A stretch of DNA of 64,000 bases, taken from sequence record MH791414.1, one strand, 5' to 3'. Shown piece after piece: positions 34,094 to 44,015 of the stretch. The notes under the pieces are model-generated. The model did not search any database, was not told the DNA's origin, and saw nothing but the letters and a program-made list of their open reading frames with translations. Made by a program: the position numbers and the translations under genes. Positions within the stretch are counted from its first letter, which is position 1. Each line of letters begins with the position of its first letter.

Positions 34094-34362
34094 TTTACAA
34101 TCCTCAAATAAACACGGTTGATATGTTCAGAAACTTTATCACCGAAGGCCGCAGACAGAGTAAAGGATAACACGCGCTCTTTATTAATATGAGCTTTCAT
34201 CCATTCTTCCCGAATTTTATAAACATCTTGAGATACGTCAGGGTCTGTCATAAACCAAAGCAGACATTGCCGGTCCCCTTCCATAATAACCTCGTCTGGC
34301 TTCAGAAAGCGAACCTTTTTCTTCATACCACCGATTTTCATTTTGAATACGTCATAAATCAT
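34090..34362 (-). CDS. hypothetical protein
   Basis: AAGGA SD. Confidence 0.65.
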   Translation of the reverse strand: MIYDVFKMKIGGMKKKVRFLKPDEVIMEGDRQCLLWFMTDPDVSQDVYKIREEWMKAHINKERVLSFTLSAAFGDKVSEHINRVYLRIVK

Positions 34363-34418
34363 AAAATATTTTCCTTATTCAGACTGTATATATAAAATAA
34401 TACTGTTTTTGTTTTCTG

Positions 34419-34664
34419 TCAACCGATATCTTGAAGAATCATCACTTTTCGGTTCTTCGGATCCGCATGTACATCATAATAACCCTTGTACTGACCTTCT
34501 GTTACGTAGTACATACAATCAAAACGTTCAAATGGTATTCCATTAGTGCGGAAATAGGTTTCTGCAACTTCGTTAGAGTGACCTCGCAGCCAATTGAGAG
34601 TGATAACGTATGCATTGGTTGGGAGAAGGGTCATAGTAGGTTCCTCAATTAAACCATGGGTCAT
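34419..34664 (-). CDS. hypothetical protein
   Basis: 81 aa. Confidence 0.6.
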   Translation of the reverse strand: MTHGLIEEPTMTLLPTNAYVITLNWLRGHSNEVAETYFRTNGIPFERFDCMYYVTEGQYKGYYDVHADPKNRKVMILQDIG

Positions 34665-34848
34665 TTATGATGTTTTCTGTAATCTCTTGTATTTCTTTGA
34701 TCTGATTTTCTACGTCATCTAGAAGACTTTGGAATTCTTTACGCTCCCACGATTCTAAGTCACAACTCAGTGCAGATCTGTAGTATACAGCCTTTCCATT
34801 GAGAGTTTCAAGCTTTTTCATGTTCAAATTTACGTAATGATTTCCCAT
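34645..34848 (-). CDS. hypothetical protein
   Basis: Start trimmed to MGNHYV. Confidence 0.55.
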   Translation of the reverse strand: MGNHYVNLNMKKLETLNGKAVYYRSALSCDLESWERKEFQSLLDDVENQIKEIQEITENIINDPWFN

Positions 34849-34856
34849 ACAACACC

Positions 34857-35099
34857 TTACATAGAGAGGTAGGAAGAAACGAAGTAGTAAACACCGTAAT
34901 ACCAAACACATTCGGTAATGATACCGATTACCGGTTGCGTCATTTGCAATTTACCATCACCAAAAACCTTGTTGTGGATCACAATCAGTCGGATTATTGG
35001 AGAATTCCAATAAAGGAACAGGCCAATGAAAACGAAAAACAGTGAAACACATTCCATTGTAGACAGGGTAAACAGCCAAGCGTTGATAGATTCAAACAT
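34857..35099 (-). CDS. membrane protein
   Basis: Two hydrophobic segments, GAGGA SD. Confidence 0.65.
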   Translation of the reverse strand: MFESINAWLFTLSTMECVSLFFVFIGLFLYWNSPIIRLIVIHNKVFGDGKLQMTQPVIGIITECVWYYGVYYFVSSYLSM

Positions 35100-35111
35100 A
35101 ATAATTTCCTC

Positions 35112-35462
35112 TTAAGATTTTTGGTTCATTGAGATAAAAACGTTGATAATCGCACGACCGATATTTTCACAGTGGGATTCATGTTCGTACCGGCTGATAC
35201 TACCAGAAATGTCGTCATACCAGACACCACTATAAGCGAAAGATTCTCCGTCGTCAAGGTTCACAGAGATTTTAAATTCTTTCATGACCTCAAACGGGTT
35301 ACTTACGTAGTCGTAAACTGGGAACTCAGTACCATCCAGTTCATATACAACATAACGGTTATCGTCTGAAATTACCCAATTATCCAGACCATACACAATC
35401 TGTGTGGCAACGGCGTTTGCTTTTTTATCGGACATTGATTCGATTTCTTTCATGTTCATCAT
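35112..35462 (-). CDS. hypothetical protein
   Basis: GGAG SD, after TTGACA-17-GATACT promoter. Confidence 0.7.
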   Translation of the reverse strand: MMNMKEIESMSDKKANAVATQIVYGLDNWVISDDNRYVVYELDGTEFPVYDYVSNPFEVMKEFKISVNLDDGESFAYSGVWYDDISGSISRYEHESHCENIGRAIINVFISMNQKS

Positions 35463-35526
35463 TATTTCTCCATATTGTTTGTTTCGCTTCATGTGTAGTA
35501 TCTCAAAACATAATAGTTGTGTCAAC

Positions 35527-35552
35527 AAAAAAATCGCCCGAAGGCGATTTTT
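35527..35552 (-). terminator. terminator AAAAATCGCC-CGAA-GGCGATTTTT
   Basis: Perfect hairpin with A/T tails. Confidence 0.85.
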
Positions 35553-35925
35553 ATAGAATAACAATCATAACGAAAATGATTGCATAATGCGTCATGTGAT
35601 GTAGGAATTGATCGCAGCCCAACATATGCCAAAACTTAGCGTTTTGTGGGGTTAGATCACGACTCGATACCACTTTCATCCTATCCACAAGTACATGTAA
35701 AATGAAGTCGGCTACAGCCAAACAAACCGCCGCGAATGGATTCATTGTATATGCGCCGACAATCAGGAATGTGAAAAATGCATGTACACCACCGTGTGCA
35801 GATAGAGGGAGAGCCCACCCCTTTTCTTTAAATTTACCCAACATGTAATTTCCTTGCCAGAAATAATCCGCAAGTAAATGTTTCAGTTGAAAAAATACCA
35901 GAAGTAGAAAAATATCAAAAATCAT
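35551..35925 (-). CDS. DUF3307-type membrane protein
   Basis: KHLLADYFWQ, HGGVH, H..VD, DQFLHH. Confidence 0.8.
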   Translation of the reverse strand: MIFDIFLLLVFFQLKHLLADYFWQGNYMLGKFKEKGWALPLSAHGGVHAFFTFLIVGAYTMNPFAAVCLAVADFILHVLVDRMKVVSSRDLTPQNAKFWHMLGCDQFLHHMTHYAIIFVMIVIL

Positions 35926-35937
35926 TTTTAAAAATCC

Positions 35938-36201
35938 TTAAAATAAATGTGTTAACCTAATATCCTGAACTGGATGTTCTATTTTATCGAAACAAACGTT
36001 GAGATCTTTATCAACTATCAATGTTTGATTCGATATACTCTCATGGTGAGAAATAATGAAATATCCATTAGAAATCAAATCCTTATATTTTGATTCTGTA
36101 ATTAGGTCTATGTAACCTGACCAAAACCCAGAATCTCTATTTTTAAGACGACTTGGTTTATAATGAGATAATAGAAATTGTTTTAATCTATCTTTCCCCA
36201 T
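35938..36201 (-). CDS. hypothetical protein
   Basis: 87 aa. Confidence 0.6.
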   Translation of the reverse strand: MGKDRLKQFLLSHYKPSRLKNRDSGFWSGYIDLITESKYKDLISNGYFIISHHESISNQTLIVDKDLNVCFDKIEHPVQDIRLTHLF

Positions 36202-36608
36202 TTCTTCCCCAAATTATGATTTTCCCTAACACTTTTAACCGGCGATCTAAACGGGTCCATCATGTTAGAGATTTCCCCAATGATCATACCTTCTGCGACT
36301 AGAGGATGTTGTGTATACCACCAACGAGTTTTTTTGTAGAAATCAATATAACTAACACCACACCAATAATGGATTATATGGTTAACGGCTGGATGTTCAT
36401 TATTTTTGTAAATGAACACATGCCCCTTTTTATCGTTAAAACACACAGAAAACCCTTTAGAATCATAGAAATTTCTGATAAAAGGCCATTCGTTTTCAAT
36501 GATTTTCTTATATCGTTTTTCTATAAAATAATTAGTAATGTATGAAATAGAAAATAAAATTAAAAATAAAGATCCCCAAAATAAAATGATAGCTAAAATT
36601 TCACTCAT
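36183..36608 (-). CDS. N-terminally membrane-anchored protein
   Basis: Hydrophobic N-terminus. Confidence 0.65.
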   Translation of the reverse strand: MSEILAIILFWGSLFLILFSISYITNYFIEKRYKKIIENEWPFIRNFYDSKGFSVCFNDKKGHVFIYKNNEHPAVNHIIHYWCGVSYIDFYKKTRWWYTQHPLVAEGMIIGEISNMMDPFRSPVKSVRENHNLGKKWGKID

Positions 36609-36620
36609 TGGTTTATCCCT

Positions 36621-36818
36621 TTAATAGTCTTGGTAGATCGTTTCGGCGATATTTTTATCATCTTTATTTCTGAAATGATAAATCAAACCGGGCGTGAACA
36701 TTGTCGAACTATCTCCCTCGGATTCTTCAACTGTGAACTCGATACCAAGAAATCTTAATTCCGATGAAAATTTTTCAGAATCACAGTTCCAATAATCAAA
36801 CCAAATGTCATAGGTCAT
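36621..36818 (-). CDS. hypothetical protein
   Basis: ATGA overlap. Confidence 0.6.
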   Translation of the reverse strand: MTYDIWFDYWNCDSEKFSSELRFLGIEFTVEESEGDSSTMFTPGLIYHFRNKDDKNIAETIYQDY

Positions 36819-37030
36819 TGATTGTCCTTCATTTTCTTTTGAAATGCAATAATATCATCATGAGTTGGCATTACAACATCACAGTTAGTAATGTATCCTA
36901 TGGAATCTCTATTGTCAACGAGCAAAATCCTAGCACTACCAACAGGTAAATATTTCCACCCGTTCAAATCAAGAAACTCATCAACGAAATCCTCTTTGTT
37001 CTCTGCTTCAATTTTTACGATTTCGCTCAT
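36815..37030 (-). CDS. hypothetical protein
   Basis: GAGGA SD. Confidence 0.6.
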   Translation of the reverse strand: MSEIVKIEAENKEDFVDEFLDLNGWKYLPVGSARILLVDNRDSIGYITNCDVVMPTHDDIIAFQKKMKDNQ

Positions 37031-37520
37031 CTCGGATCCTCTGAACCATACCTGTTACACCAACTTCAAGGTCGGAACAAATATAAGAAGGGAGGTCATC
37101 ATCGTATAAGGTCAAAAGATATCCATAACTTACAGTTAGAGTCACTTCCTTTCCGTTTATTTCGCTAATGAAAGAATCACCATGAGTGAATCCTTTAACT
37201 TCGAATGATAATGTTTCTTGATTCGACTCGTCCTCATGATGAGCCGTTACGATTGAACCAATCTCTAGTTTTTCTCGTTCACCGAATGTATACAAGCATC
37301 CATCTATAAATGCATATTTCCATTGTGTGGTGTTGCAATGAGCTAGATCTGTTCGATATGAATAGCTATGAATAGAGTCGAATTTTAGTTCAATTCCGTT
37401 TTCTAATTTGATTTGTCCATACATCGGATTCAAACCAATAATTTTCGATACTTCTTTTCCTGTATCAAAAAGGTCACCAACAGCCAATTTTTTCCAAGTG
37501 TTCTTTTTCCAAAAAATCAT
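37008..37520 (-). CDS. hypothetical protein
   Basis: 170 aa. Confidence 0.7.
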   Translation of the reverse strand: MIFWKKNTWKKLAVGDLFDTGKEVSKIIGLNPMYGQIKLENGIELKFDSIHSYSYRTDLAHCNTTQWKYAFIDGCLYTFGEREKLEIGSIVTAHHEDESNQETLSFEVKGFTHGDSFISEINGKEVTLTVSYGYLLTLYDDDLPSYICSDLEVGVTGMVQRIRDERNRKN

Positions 37521-37873
37521 TTGTGATTCCTCAATTCGTTAATAGTTTCTTCCAGATTATCAATTTGACCTCGAAGATTTTCCCTTTCCCAAAAATGGTC
37601 AACACCGGTCATATGTTCGATGTTAAATGTTTCCTCGATATTCTGGTCGAGAAGACGAATTTCGTTGTAAAGAGCGATAATCTTTTCTTGATTAGGGTGT
37701 CCGACTTCGATAAACCGGCGAGGTATGAACTGAATTTTCATATCAACCAGATAAACAAGATCTCCATTCATTAGGCTAATATATTGTTGTACTTTATATT
37801 TTTCACCAACAACCAGAACACTTTCCATTTCAAGATTGTTAACGCAAATTACCTCTTGATTCTCTTTAAACAT
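37517..37873 (-). CDS. hypothetical protein
   Basis: AGGAG SD. Confidence 0.7.
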   Translation of the reverse strand: MFKENQEVICVNNLEMESVLVVGEKYKVQQYISLMNGDLVYLVDMKIQFIPRRFIEVGHPNQEKIIALYNEIRLLDQNIEETFNIEHMTGVDHFWERENLRGQIDNLEETINELRNHK

Positions 37874-37884
37874 AACAGACTCCT

Positions 37885-38064
37885 TTACTTAGTTTTGGAC
37901 ATTGCAAACATGATTGCAGCACGACCAATGGCGGTTTTCTCGTTGATCTGACGACCACACCATTCAACCTTAGCATCGAAGGAATCGAATGTCATCTTCT
38001 GATCTTCGATGTGGGTGTTGAAGAACTCTGCGACGGCCTGTTTGAACTGGTTGCTAACAATCAT
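37885..38064 (-). CDS. hypothetical protein
   Basis: AGGAG SD before MIVSNQF. Confidence 0.6.
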   Translation of the reverse strand: MIVSNQFKQAVAEFFNTHIEDQKMTFDSFDAKVEWCGRQINEKTAIGRAAIMFAMSKTK

Positions 38065-38116
38065 GATTCTCTCCTTCGTTGGTACAGGGGTATATTCGCA
38101 TACCCCATACACAGTG

Positions 38117-38455
38117 TCAAGAAATATTTTTCTTATGAAACCGAATTTCTTGATAAACCCGATCCAAAAATGTAGTTTGAAGATATTGGATATTATCAAC
38201 AAGTTTAAACCTAGATGGCTCATTACAAGCTTCTAGATAACGATTTACTACGTCTTGAGGGTTTTCTTCTGGTTCTTCTGCAAAGTCGATTTCGCAATCC
38301 AAAAATACGTTTCCGTTTTGTCGGTCATATACATAAACGACATCACCATACATAAACCAACCTACATCACCAATTGTGATCTTGTAAATGTAATGTTCTA
38401 AGAAATGCATAGAACGAATGGTGAGAGAAGAAATGATAGTAGAAAATTTTTTCAT
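38117..38455 (-). CDS. hypothetical protein
   Basis: Start trimmed to MKKFST, ATGA overlap. Confidence 0.55.
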   Translation of the reverse strand: MKKFSTIISSLTIRSMHFLEHYIYKITIGDVGWFMYGDVVYVYDRQNGNVFLDCEIDFAEEPEENPQDVVNRYLEACNEPSRFKLVDNIQYLQTTFLDRVYQEIRFHKKNIS

Positions 38456-38946
38456 CGAACTGTCTCCACAAAACGAGCTGGGATCTCTTGGACTTGATAT
38501 TCTTCGCTGTTCCACCAGATATGAATGGATTCAACTACTCGGATAAATTCGTAATAGTCGTAATCAACTGCACGTCCTGTGATATTTTTAATGATACAAC
38601 TCTTGATTTTCTCTCGGTTTGGTACTTCTTCATTCTCATCAATACTATAAATATCAATAGACAAAAATCGACTGAACTGAGAAGAGTATTGAAAATTCTT
38701 TTCCAAAATATCAACAAGTTCAATTACAAGACTATCATCAAATTCAGAGTTACCATGACCGGGCTCTTGCCAGTCATGGCGACTATTAAACAGAGGACGG
38801 ATCAGTTTGAAGAACTCCACATCATCACTAGTCAATCCAGTATGATGAATAGTCCCATAGTTATCCCCATCGTTTTCCCAACTCTCAATACCTACCACAT
38901 AACCCCGAGGGATCACCGTCCCAATAGGCAAAACCAATTTTTCCAT
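38452..38946 (-). CDS. conserved hypothetical protein (SWENDGDNY motif)
   Basis: Motif recalled from T4-like phage ORFs. Confidence 0.7.
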   Translation of the reverse strand: MEKLVLPIGTVIPRGYVVGIESWENDGDNYGTIHHTGLTSDDVEFFKLIRPLFNSRHDWQEPGHGNSEFDDSLVIELVDILEKNFQYSSQFSRFLSIDIYSIDENEEVPNREKIKSCIIKNITGRAVDYDYYEFIRVVESIHIWWNSEEYQVQEIPARFVETVR

Positions 38947-38950
38947 TATT

Positions 38951-39235
38951 TTATTCCTTTACAATTTCAAGATCTTCTAGAACAATCTCGGTTTCAAACG
39001 GTAGATTACAGCCGATTGTGATGTAGTTTCCGAATGTACGCATAATGCTATGCATTTGGTCACGATATACCATACCATTTTCTCGGATGGATTCGACCCG
39101 TTTGATGAAGTATTCCCGATATTTGTCATTTGGGAACTGCTCATAAAATTCCATCCAGTTTTTCTCTAGGATTTCAAGACCAAAGTCGGTTAGGGTTACG
39201 GTTGCATAGCTATTGACGTTAAAAATCGCTTTCAT
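38951..39235 (-). CDS. hypothetical protein
   Basis: GAGGA SD. Confidence 0.7.
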   Translation of the reverse strand: MKAIFNVNSYATVTLTDFGLEILEKNWMEFYEQFPNDKYREYFIKRVESIRENGMVYRDQMHSIMRTFGNYITIGCNLPFETEIVLEDLEIVKE

Positions 39236-39245
39236 ATTAATTTCC

Positions 39246-39707
39246 TCAATCGTTTATTTTAAGATACAACCCATCTTGCAACAAATCTAGCACCGTGTCA
39301 ACTACTTCCCGTTGAACATCTTCAACAGAACCCTTCAGAAAGCCTTTCCAGCCTTCTTGACCGACTGTCCCCATACTGATATCAATCGACCAAGTATCTT
39401 TGTTAAATCGAGTTATAGAGACGTTGTGATTGTCCATATGGAAAGGACGATATACATAATTTACGTAATAGGTTTCTTTTGTTGCATTGTTATCTTTAAC
39501 CCATTCTGGATCCCGAGAGAAATGAATCGCCGCTCGAATAGATTCCTTTTGGCAACTCTTTTCGAACTCTTCTTGTTCTCCCCAAGAATCCATAGCCGAT
39601 TCGATCTCAGACTCAATCATATCTCCAACACGTTTTGATAATGCTGGGTCGATATCATCGATAATCCGGATCAACTCATCAACTCTCATGTTATGTTGAA
39701 GATACAT
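39246..39707 (-). CDS. hypothetical protein
   Basis: AAGGA SD. Confidence 0.7.
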   Translation of the reverse strand: MYLQHNMRVDELIRIIDDIDPALSKRVGDMIESEIESAMDSWGEQEEFEKSCQKESIRAAIHFSRDPEWVKDNNATKETYYVNYVYRPFHMDNHNVSITRFNKDTWSIDISMGTVGQEGWKGFLKGSVEDVQREVVDTVLDLLQDGLYLKIND

Positions 39708-39716
39708 ATAAATCCT

Positions 39717-40175
39717 TTATTCTGAAATTTTGTATTTTAAACCAAAAACCACAACGTTAGGTAGAACATCAACGATAACATCGAATTTATCTATCGGTGT
39801 GTGGAATGTTGTTTCAATTGCTACTAGAGGAAGTAACCCACCACCAATATCAACTCCGTTGTAGTATCTTTTTCCATCGTTGTATATTGTACCTTTTTTA
39901 TATCCAGATGCAATACCAAACCGATATCCAATATCAAAATATTCCGATTCACAGAAGTTATCGGAATATGATATTTGAACTGATTTAGAATCGATAGAGT
40001 TTTTATCAACATAAATCACAGAAATATTGTCTACTTGGATACCAACCGATGGATGTATTTCATTTTGTCCAGAGTCCTTGTAATGTTTACTAACACCACC
40101 AAGGATAAGGTTTATTTCTTTAGCGTATACACCAAAAGACGATAAAGAAGCTAATAATAGAGCCATGGATTTCAT
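39717..40175 (-). CDS. PagP-like outer-membrane beta-barrel protein
   Basis: Signal peptide; SKH..NEIHPSVG, KNS, LLPLVAI, C-terminal strand VVFGLKYKI parallel PagP motifs. Confidence 0.65.
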   Translation of the reverse strand: MKSMALLLASLSSFGVYAKEINLILGGVSKHYKDSGQNEIHPSVGIQVDNISVIYVDKNSIDSKSVQISYSDNFCESEYFDIGYRFGIASGYKKGTIYNDGKRYYNGVDIGGGLLPLVAIETTFHTPIDKFDVIVDVLPNVVVFGLKYKISE

Positions 40176-40232
40176 GGTATTCTCCTTTTGTTTGTCTCCT
40201 AGAAGGATACCACAAATATAAAATACTGCAAA

Positions 40233-40499
40233 TTATTTTTGCTCTTTTTCTTTGAGTGGTGTACCAAAATCGAATTGCATTTCTTTTTCTTTTTTGGATT
40301 TATAACGAGCGTATGCCGGTTGAATAATAAGCAAACTTAAGATAGTAAAAATAAGGATCCATCCAAGCCAAGGCCAACTTAGAAGAGGATACCACCCTGT
40401 AATCGAGTTCAAAGCCCCAAAAATAAAAGCCAAGATCATATGATTGTATTTTACAATGAAATCCATAATTAAATTCTCACTATCAGTATTGAATAACAA
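40233..40499 (-). CDS. membrane protein
   Basis: Two hydrophobic segments. Confidence 0.6.
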   Translation of the reverse strand: MLFNTDSENLIMDFIVKYNHMILAFIFGALNSITGWYPLLSWPWLGWILIFTILSLLIIQPAYARYKSKKEKEMQFDFGTPLKEKEQK

Positions 40500-40692
40500 A
40501 AAATTTCAAATCAGACCAACTATTAAAATACAAATCTTCAAGTTCGTCCGACCAAACATCATCATTTTCATCATATTCGTAATAAATCCCATCTTTTGCA
40601 AGAATGGATACCCCAAATGGGAAATTGTTCGAAATTCCGGTTACTACGAAATAACCATCTGTTGGGATTTTTTTCACTTCTTTAAGTTTCAT
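40483..40692 (-). CDS. hypothetical protein
   Basis: TAATG coupling. Confidence 0.6.
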   Translation of the reverse strand: MKLKEVKKIPTDGYFVVTGISNNFPFGVSILAKDGIYYEYDENDDVWSDELEDLYFNSWSDLKFFVIQY

Positions 40693-41162
40693 TAGAATTG
40701 ATTTCCTTCTGAGTCTACGCGAAGAGATTCGCTTTTACCATAAAAATTGTCACCAGATACAAACCCAGCAGAAACGACCACCACGTTTGAACGAACACCA
40801 ACACATTTAGCAATCCGACGGACAACCAACGGCATATCTGCATGTGTAAAATCTTTAGAGAATATTACAACCGTACCACATAGGAACTTAACAAACTTCA
40901 TCTCATTACGCGGACGGGTATCTACAAATTGAACATCAAAAATTTCTTCTGAACTTGGGCGGAACCAATTAAAATATTGGTCGTACAGTTTTACAACTCC
41001 GAGTGTGTTATGGACATCATCTTGTTGTTCTTCTGTCAAATCGTCAGGTGTGTTCAGTTCGATGTACAAATAACCCGGTGTACTATAGTCGTAACGGAAA
41101 TCTTCACGGTCAATCTTAAATTTCAGTTTCATATTGTTTTCCTCATGATTTATCTTGATCAT
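40692..41162 (-). CDS. hypothetical protein (C-terminal SAGF...GKSESL module)
   Basis: 156 aa. Confidence 0.65.
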   Translation of the reverse strand: MIKINHEENNMKLKFKIDREDFRYDYSTPGYLYIELNTPDDLTEEQQDDVHNTLGVVKLYDQYFNWFRPSSEEIFDVQFVDTRPRNEMKFVKFLCGTVVIFSKDFTHADMPLVVRRIAKCVGVRSNVVVVSAGFVSGDNFYGKSESLRVDSEGNQF

Positions 41163-41191
41163 ACAGTAGACACATCCCTATGTCTACAAGT

Positions 41192-41773
41192 TTATTCTAG
41201 TTCATCCAATTTATACAAATTTTCATACAAATCAGATTTTCTTGTAGAACTAAAATTTAGTTTATATGCTTTGGAATTGTATTCACAAATCACTTTTGTG
41301 TAATACAGATTACATTCTGGTCTATTGTCACCAGCAGACCCCTTTTCCATTACGCTAGTGGATTCAGATATCTTTTTAACGATACCAGCTTTAACTGCTG
41401 CGTTGAATGTGTCTGATTCTTGAAATGGAAATATGTCACTACCAAAGGAATTAATATACTCATGGTAGTACATCCAATGCATTCCACGCTCAATTGAGTT
41501 CTCTACATGGTCAATATAAAGAATCGGTTTGAGAGGATTTCCAAGGTCATCAAAAACGTCCCATTCCCCATCGTCAGACATTACAAGAGGTTCAATGTGA
41601 ACGTCTTCTGGTTTATATTTCTTCATGCCTTTAGGTAATGCAACTCGAACAATACCAAATTTTAGATCATCCGAAACAAAATCATAAGAGTAAGACCGCT
41701 CCCAGTAGTTTATTTCCAAACCAACAATGGGGAGAGGATCAACACCAATTTCGTAAACATTGATTGTTCTCAT
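41192..41773 (-). CDS. hypothetical protein
   Basis: Start trimmed to MRTINV, ATGA overlap. Confidence 0.7.
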   Translation of the reverse strand: MRTINVYEIGVDPLPIVGLEINYWERSYSYDFVSDDLKFGIVRVALPKGMKKYKPEDVHIEPLVMSDDGEWDVFDDLGNPLKPILYIDHVENSIERGMHWMYYHEYINSFGSDIFPFQESDTFNAAVKAGIVKKISESTSVMEKGSAGDNRPECNLYYTKVICEYNSKAYKLNFSSTRKSDLYENLYKLDELE

Positions 41774-42117
41774 TTCTTCAGTTCCGGAATGCAATAGAAA
41801 TCATTACCCATTGAAGTCTCAATAGTAAAACTCATCTGCCCCAATTCCTTAGCTAGAAGAATGGCGAGTTCCTTAGCATCTTGATAGATCAGATATTCTT
41901 GTTTGGGGAATCGTGGGTAGTTGATGAAACGCGCTACAAAGCCACGCTCACGCCCACCAGTGTAAACATACTCGACTTCAGTAAACTGAACACATTGGCC
42001 CTTTAGGGTCCATTTAGATGCAATATTTTTAGCTTGCTCGATCGGACCAGCCATATGAATACTTGCGAAATAGTTCCCACAAGTATTAGTTTCTTTAAAT
42101 ACAAGTTCCATTAACAT
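41770..42117 (-). CDS. conserved phage protein (INYPRFP motif)
   Basis: YVYTGGRE..INYPRFP. Confidence 0.7.
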   Translation of the reverse strand: MLMELVFKETNTCGNYFASIHMAGPIEQAKNIASKWTLKGQCVQFTEVEYVYTGGRERGFVARFINYPRFPKQEYLIYQDAKELAILLAKELGQMSFTIETSMGNDFYCIPELKK

Positions 42118-42311
42118 AACTCCAAATTGGTATAATACACAGGTTCAACAACACCTAACACACCATTATCCCATTCAACTTGAAAGACCGGAATATCTTT
42201 CGTGTCATCCACATAAACAACCGTACCCTTATAAGTCTTACGGGAATTCCAAACCCGAGCATTCATCAGATCGAATACGGTTGTTGCATAATCTTTAACA
42301 AATTTACTCAT
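42111..42311 (-). CDS. small protein with VEWDNG module
   Basis: 66 aa. Confidence 0.6.
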   Translation of the reverse strand: MSKFVKDYATTVFDLMNARVWNSRKTYKGTVVYVDDTKDIPVFQVEWDNGVLGVVEPVYYTNLELC

Positions 42312-42819
42312 TGGACCCCCGAAAAACTACTTCTCGCGCACCTGTGATCATGTTTATGGAGAATACTTCAAAAATATTCGGATCCTTATCAAATTTGTTA
42401 TTTTCTACCAAGTATTCGATTTCTTTTTTGGTGAACCGCTTACCAGAAGAAACCGGGGAATTGAACTCAATACTACCATAACCATAATTTTCATCGAAGA
42501 TGCCACAAACTAGCCCGCTTTTCTTCAAACAATTAAGCATATAGATCCGGGTGTTTAAAGTTTTTTCTTCCAACAGTTCATTGATGTGAGTTTTAATAGC
42601 CTCGACCATTACATCAAAATTTGTAATGTTTCGTCCACCGGTTAACTCTCGGATCTTTAAAGTCAGCTGGTTATCTTCTGGTACACTGAACAACCGCCAA
42701 TCGTCGGTAATGTCAGACCAAGAAATATAGAACATCATGGAACCATCAACCCAAACCGATTCTTGGAAGAGACCAAAAAGACCATTGGTGTTTTTCATTT
42801 TACGGATTTCGATATTCAT
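42304..42819 (-). CDS. hypothetical protein
   Basis: GAGGA SD. Confidence 0.7.
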   Translation of the reverse strand: MNIEIRKMKNTNGLFGLFQESVWVDGSMMFYISWSDITDDWRLFSVPEDNQLTLKIRELTGGRNITNFDVMVEAIKTHINELLEEKTLNTRIYMLNCLKKSGLVCGIFDENYGYGSIEFNSPVSSGKRFTKKEIEYLVENNKFDKDPNIFEVFSINMITGAREVVFRGSNE

Positions 42820-42842
42820 AATAATTTCCTCTTATTAAAAAC

Positions 42843-43289
42843 TCACAGACTTTCCCAATCTTTCACAGCTTGGTTGAACTCTTCTTCACCATAACCGGTT
42901 TTCGTCCAGTTTTCTTTGATGAAATCGACCGTCAGCTCGCTACTCAAACATTCAACAGAAGCAATTACAAACTCTGCACGTGTCATGGTCTCAGGACTTT
43001 CATAAAGAATCCCATCAACCAAAGCTACAATATCATAAGGCTCATCAACACGCAATCCTAGAGCCCATTTTCTTGGTTGCAATTTGAAGGGTGGAAAGAA
43101 CCAAACATCACCATGGATATTGATAAACAGAGTACCGGAGACGTCTTTAAAAGAGTCTGCGGTTTTATCAGCACAACCACTGGTAAATTCGTAATCTGTA
43201 TCGATTCGGATCTTGTTCAACAAGTCACGAATAACAGATTTCGATTCCATGGCCTTATATTCTTCGTAAACTTCTTTGATGGTTTTCAT
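42843..43289 (-). CDS. hypothetical protein
   Basis: AAGGA SD. Confidence 0.7.
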   Translation of the reverse strand: MKTIKEVYEEYKAMESKSVIRDLLNKIRIDTDYEFTSGCADKTADSFKDVSGTLFINIHGDVWFFPPFKLQPRKWALGLRVDEPYDIVALVDGILYESPETMTRAEFVIASVECLSSELTVDFIKENWTKTGYGEEEFNQAVKDWESL

Positions 43290-43297
43290 AAAATTCC

Positions 43298-43642
43298 TTA
43301 TTTGGTTTGGTTCAGACGGTTCAGTTTCAGAGCGGACTTCATTTCAGACTTCTTGAAAGAGTAATGAACAGAACCATCATCAAAAGTAGTTTTCTTAACA
43401 GTCACTTTCAGCTGGTCACCAACTTTAGCGTAGCAACCCAAGCAGTTGGTAGCCTTCTCGGAAACGATACGGTTGTTGATTTCAACACCTTCAGAAGTGG
43501 TCACACTAACACGCTGACTGTCGCTGAACTTCTTAACGAACTTGGTAACAGTCACAGTGTCAACGAAAGAAACTTCGCTAACTTCTTTCTTGCAACCAAC
43601 CAGAACGAACAAAGCAATCAGGGCAATCAGTACGTGTTTCAT
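43298..43642 (-). CDS. lipoprotein, paralog family L
   Basis: Lipobox LVGC; first gene after early promoter. Confidence 0.85.
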   Translation of the reverse strand: MKHVLIALIALFVLVGCKKEVSEVSFVDTVTVTKFVKKFSDSQRVSVTTSEGVEINNRIVSEKATNCLGCYAKVGDQLKVTVKKTTFDDGSVHYSFKKSEMKSALKLNRLNQTK

Positions 43643-43663
43643 AATCTTTTCCTCAGTTAGGTA

Positions 43664-43710
43664 TCTCGTTTCGATGTAGATATAATACCATAACCAAGAA
43701 TCAGATCAAC
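43664..43710 (-). promoter_or_regulatory. early promoter plus ATCGAAACGAGA leader
   Basis: TTGATC-16-TATTAT. Confidence 0.7.
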
Positions 43711-44012
43711 TACTTTTGTAAAAAATCTTTGATCTGATATCGGTCAACTTCATAAGAAATGCTACCATCGTTCCAAACTCGTTTAGTAACATCAACACGA
43801 AACATATCACCAGCTTTAGCAAAACAACCACTACATCGTTTAGCTACATATTGGTCAATAACAATACCATCAGATGTTTTCAATTCAATCCGCTGATGTT
43901 TTGCTCTCTTAACAAAATGAGTAACAACTACAGTATCTTTATAGGTCTCACCCGAAACTGGAATACAACCAACCAGCATTAAAGCAACAACACCAACAAC
44001 CAACCTTTTCAT
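43710..44012 (-). CDS. lipoprotein, paralog family L
   Basis: Lipobox LVGC; DTVVVTHFV. Confidence 0.85.
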   Translation of the reverse strand: MKRLVVGVVALMLVGCIPVSGETYKDTVVVTHFVKRAKHQRIELKTSDGIVIDQYVAKRCSGCFAKAGDMFRVDVTKRVWNDGSISYEVDRYQIKDFLQK

Positions 44013-44015
44013 AAA

